In this document: positions 50,645-52,290 of the stretch, piece by piece | Numbering within the stretch: position 1 is the first letter of the stretch | Layout: each line of letters begins with the position of its first letter | From: Catajapyx aquilonaris | Taxonomy: Eukaryota | DNA: 52,290 nucleotides | NCBI GenBank assembly: GCA_000934665.2 | Contig: JYFJ02002710.1 | Span: 1-52,290 of the forward strand | Direction of reading: 5' to 3' | Program-made: the position numbers and the translations under genes | The notes under the pieces: model-generated | The model's input: the letters and a program-made list of their open reading frames with translations, nothing else | Databases searched by the model: none | What the model was told of the DNA's origin: nothing

Positions 50645-52195
50645 TTACAACAAAAAATCGTGTCTCGAGGTGTCACGGTGGCATCTATTACAAGATCCTT
50701 CGAAGACAAAGACCATACCGGACACCCCAAGACAGACGAGCCAAAGGTAGAAAACGTTCACCAACTTGTTCATGCTCAGTGCGCTCGTTACATCAGCATG
50801 TCCCTTGTAGGCCATAGTCTTATAGTAATTGCGCAAGAAGTTCCGGTGGTTCACTGCCGATTCCATCTGCTGGTATATATGTCCCTCAAACGTCCGTTGC
50901 AAGTCCCTGTCCTGTCCCACAAACTGGATGCTGTCCCGTCCGTAACTGGCGCCCATGTAGGCGTTCAAAGCCTTCTCAGGCCAGAACGACGTTGTGGGTT
51001 GTCCTTTAGAGTCCAGGAAATAATCACGCTCCTTATTGTACAGAAAGTTAATCAAAAAGCAGGCGAAATCGTCATGTTGTGTCCGATCCATACATCCTCG
51101 TCTGGTAGGTGTGATTATACCTTTCTTCAACACATTGTGGTACAACGGATTGTCGAAGTTTTCTATCAGTAACGAACAGGCTATGGACATCATCAAGGTA
51201 CCACCCCACTTCATACCGGAGTAGTACAGCTCCTTGACTGTATGAGGAAGAACTTCAGGAGCTGGAGTGGTGATGAACTGCACCAGTTTGGTCCTGTATC
51301 CGCATACTACAATCAACGAAAAGAGAGACACAAGTCCTCTAAAAGCAAGGGCAGAGTTGGGGTACACAGATAGGACCGGTTGGTCGATCAGTTCGCGCAT
51401 CAGGTCCGTCATGTTGGAGCACACTGAGCCCATACCGGATAGCCAGTACAGTACACAGGACGAGACAACGATGGACACGAACAGGGCTGTCCACATACCG
51501 ACAGTGTACGGTTGGACAATCACGTACCATTTGGTATCCGGTCTGGGTGTACGGGTGACAAACCCTCCGTGCATGTACATGACCGGGTATGTCAGCATGA
51601 CTGCTCTTGAACTCACATCCGTGTACAGTATGAGAGAAGATATGTCCACATCACGAGACACAATACCTCGAGTGATACCGGCCAGACTTCCGTTGGGATA
51701 CAGTTCGGTTGTGCTCAACGCAGCGGCTGTCACAACCAGAGTGATGTTGAACAATTTGGCACTGTACAACATCGCTTCCTCTTCGTACGTCATATGTCCG
51801 TCGTTCATCTTCCGGTTCTTAACGTCCTCCATATCCACGTTGTCCAGGTACGCCATGACCATCCGCTGACCATTCATGTCACGTGGAGGCTCAGCAAAGA
51901 GTCCATCTTCAGTAGGCTGGTTCAACGAAGTGTGTCCATCATTGCAGTAGTAGCAAACACTATGAAAGATCAACTGTCCAGTAGTGTGATCATATCTTGT
52001 CAGCAGCTTCATCCTGATTCCTTGAACCGGATCACGGAGTAACAACTGTTCAGGGTTGTCATGTCCATGGACATGGATCATGACAGGATCGTGCATGTTT
52101 CTGAACCTAAAGTGTGCTGCAGTGTGCATGATCAGTTCAGGTACACCGGACATGTTTCTGGATAATATCAGGTTGAAAGCGCAGGATCCTCCAGT
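50645..52195 (-). CDS. Divergent ionotropic receptor 2, paralog of IR1; 5' part missing or outside the window
   Basis: Uninterrupted >500-aa ORF sharing GGSCAFNLIL..N.S.VPELIMHTAAHF, GGFVTRTPR.D.KWYVI.QPY, FW.EK.LN.Y and RTF.GH with IR1. Confidence 0.8.
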   Translation of the reverse strand, partial: TGGSCAFNLILSRNMSGVPELIMHTAAHFRFRNMHDPVMIHVHGHDNPEQLLLRDPVQGIRMKLLTRYDHTTGQLIFHSVCYYCNDGHTSLNQPTEDGLFAEPPRDMNGQRMVMAYLDNVDMEDVKNRKMNDGHMTYEEEAMLYSAKLFNITLVVTAAALSTTELYPNGSLAGITRGIVSRDVDISSLILYTDVSSRAVMLTYPVMYMHGGFVTRTPRPDTKWYVIVQPYTVGMWTALFVSIVVSSCVLYWLSGMGSVCSNMTDLMRELIDQPVLSVYPNSALAFRGLVSLFSLIVVCGYRTKLVQFITTPAPEVLPHTVKELYYSGMKWGGTLMMSIACSLLIENFDNPLYHNVLKKGIITPTRRGCMDRTQHDDFACFLINFLYNKERDYFLDSKGQPTTSFWPEKALNAYMGASYGRDSIQFVGQDRDLQRTFEGHIYQQMESAVNHRNFLRNYYKTMAYKGHADVTSALSMNKLVNVFYLWLVCLGVSGMVFVFEGSCNRCHRDTSRHDFLL

Positions 52196-52290
52196 AGTGG
52201 GGGCTCTTAGCGAGATGAAGGGGACAAGTTGGACAAAAGCACCAAACTTTGCATGGAGTTTTGTTTGGTCCTATGCTAATAGTTTTTGGT

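Overview
Eukaryotic, intron-rich animal genomic DNA, most likely an arthropod (divergent ionotropic receptors, DIP1-like dsRBP, many ~55-80 bp GT-AG introns). Hand-spliced gene models, each checked for reading frame, left to right: an ankyrin-repeat membrane protein built by internal exon duplication (+), a C2H2 zinc-finger gene (+), extracellular Cu/Zn SOD (-), tRNA-Ser(GCT) (-), RFC2 (+), a DIP1-like two-dsRBM protein with candidate microexons (+), a divergent ionotropic receptor (-), two tandem ~1,800-aa ADAM10/17-like pseudo-proteases (+), a tail-anchored ankyrin protein (-) and a second, intron-poor ionotropic receptor paralog (-). The most striking element is the pseudo-ADAM pair. In both genes the zinc-binding motif is destroyed and the disintegrin domain is cut short and spliced in frame to a single ~4-kb exon encoding ~1,300 aa of Cys/Pro-rich repeats that end in a GPI-like hydrophobic tail. 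Both genes keep an RFX X-box plus forkhead-box pair just upstream of the ATG, and gene A lies head-to-head with an ionotropic receptor. Their introns carry several palindromic MITE families. No prokaryotic features or CRISPR arrays are present.
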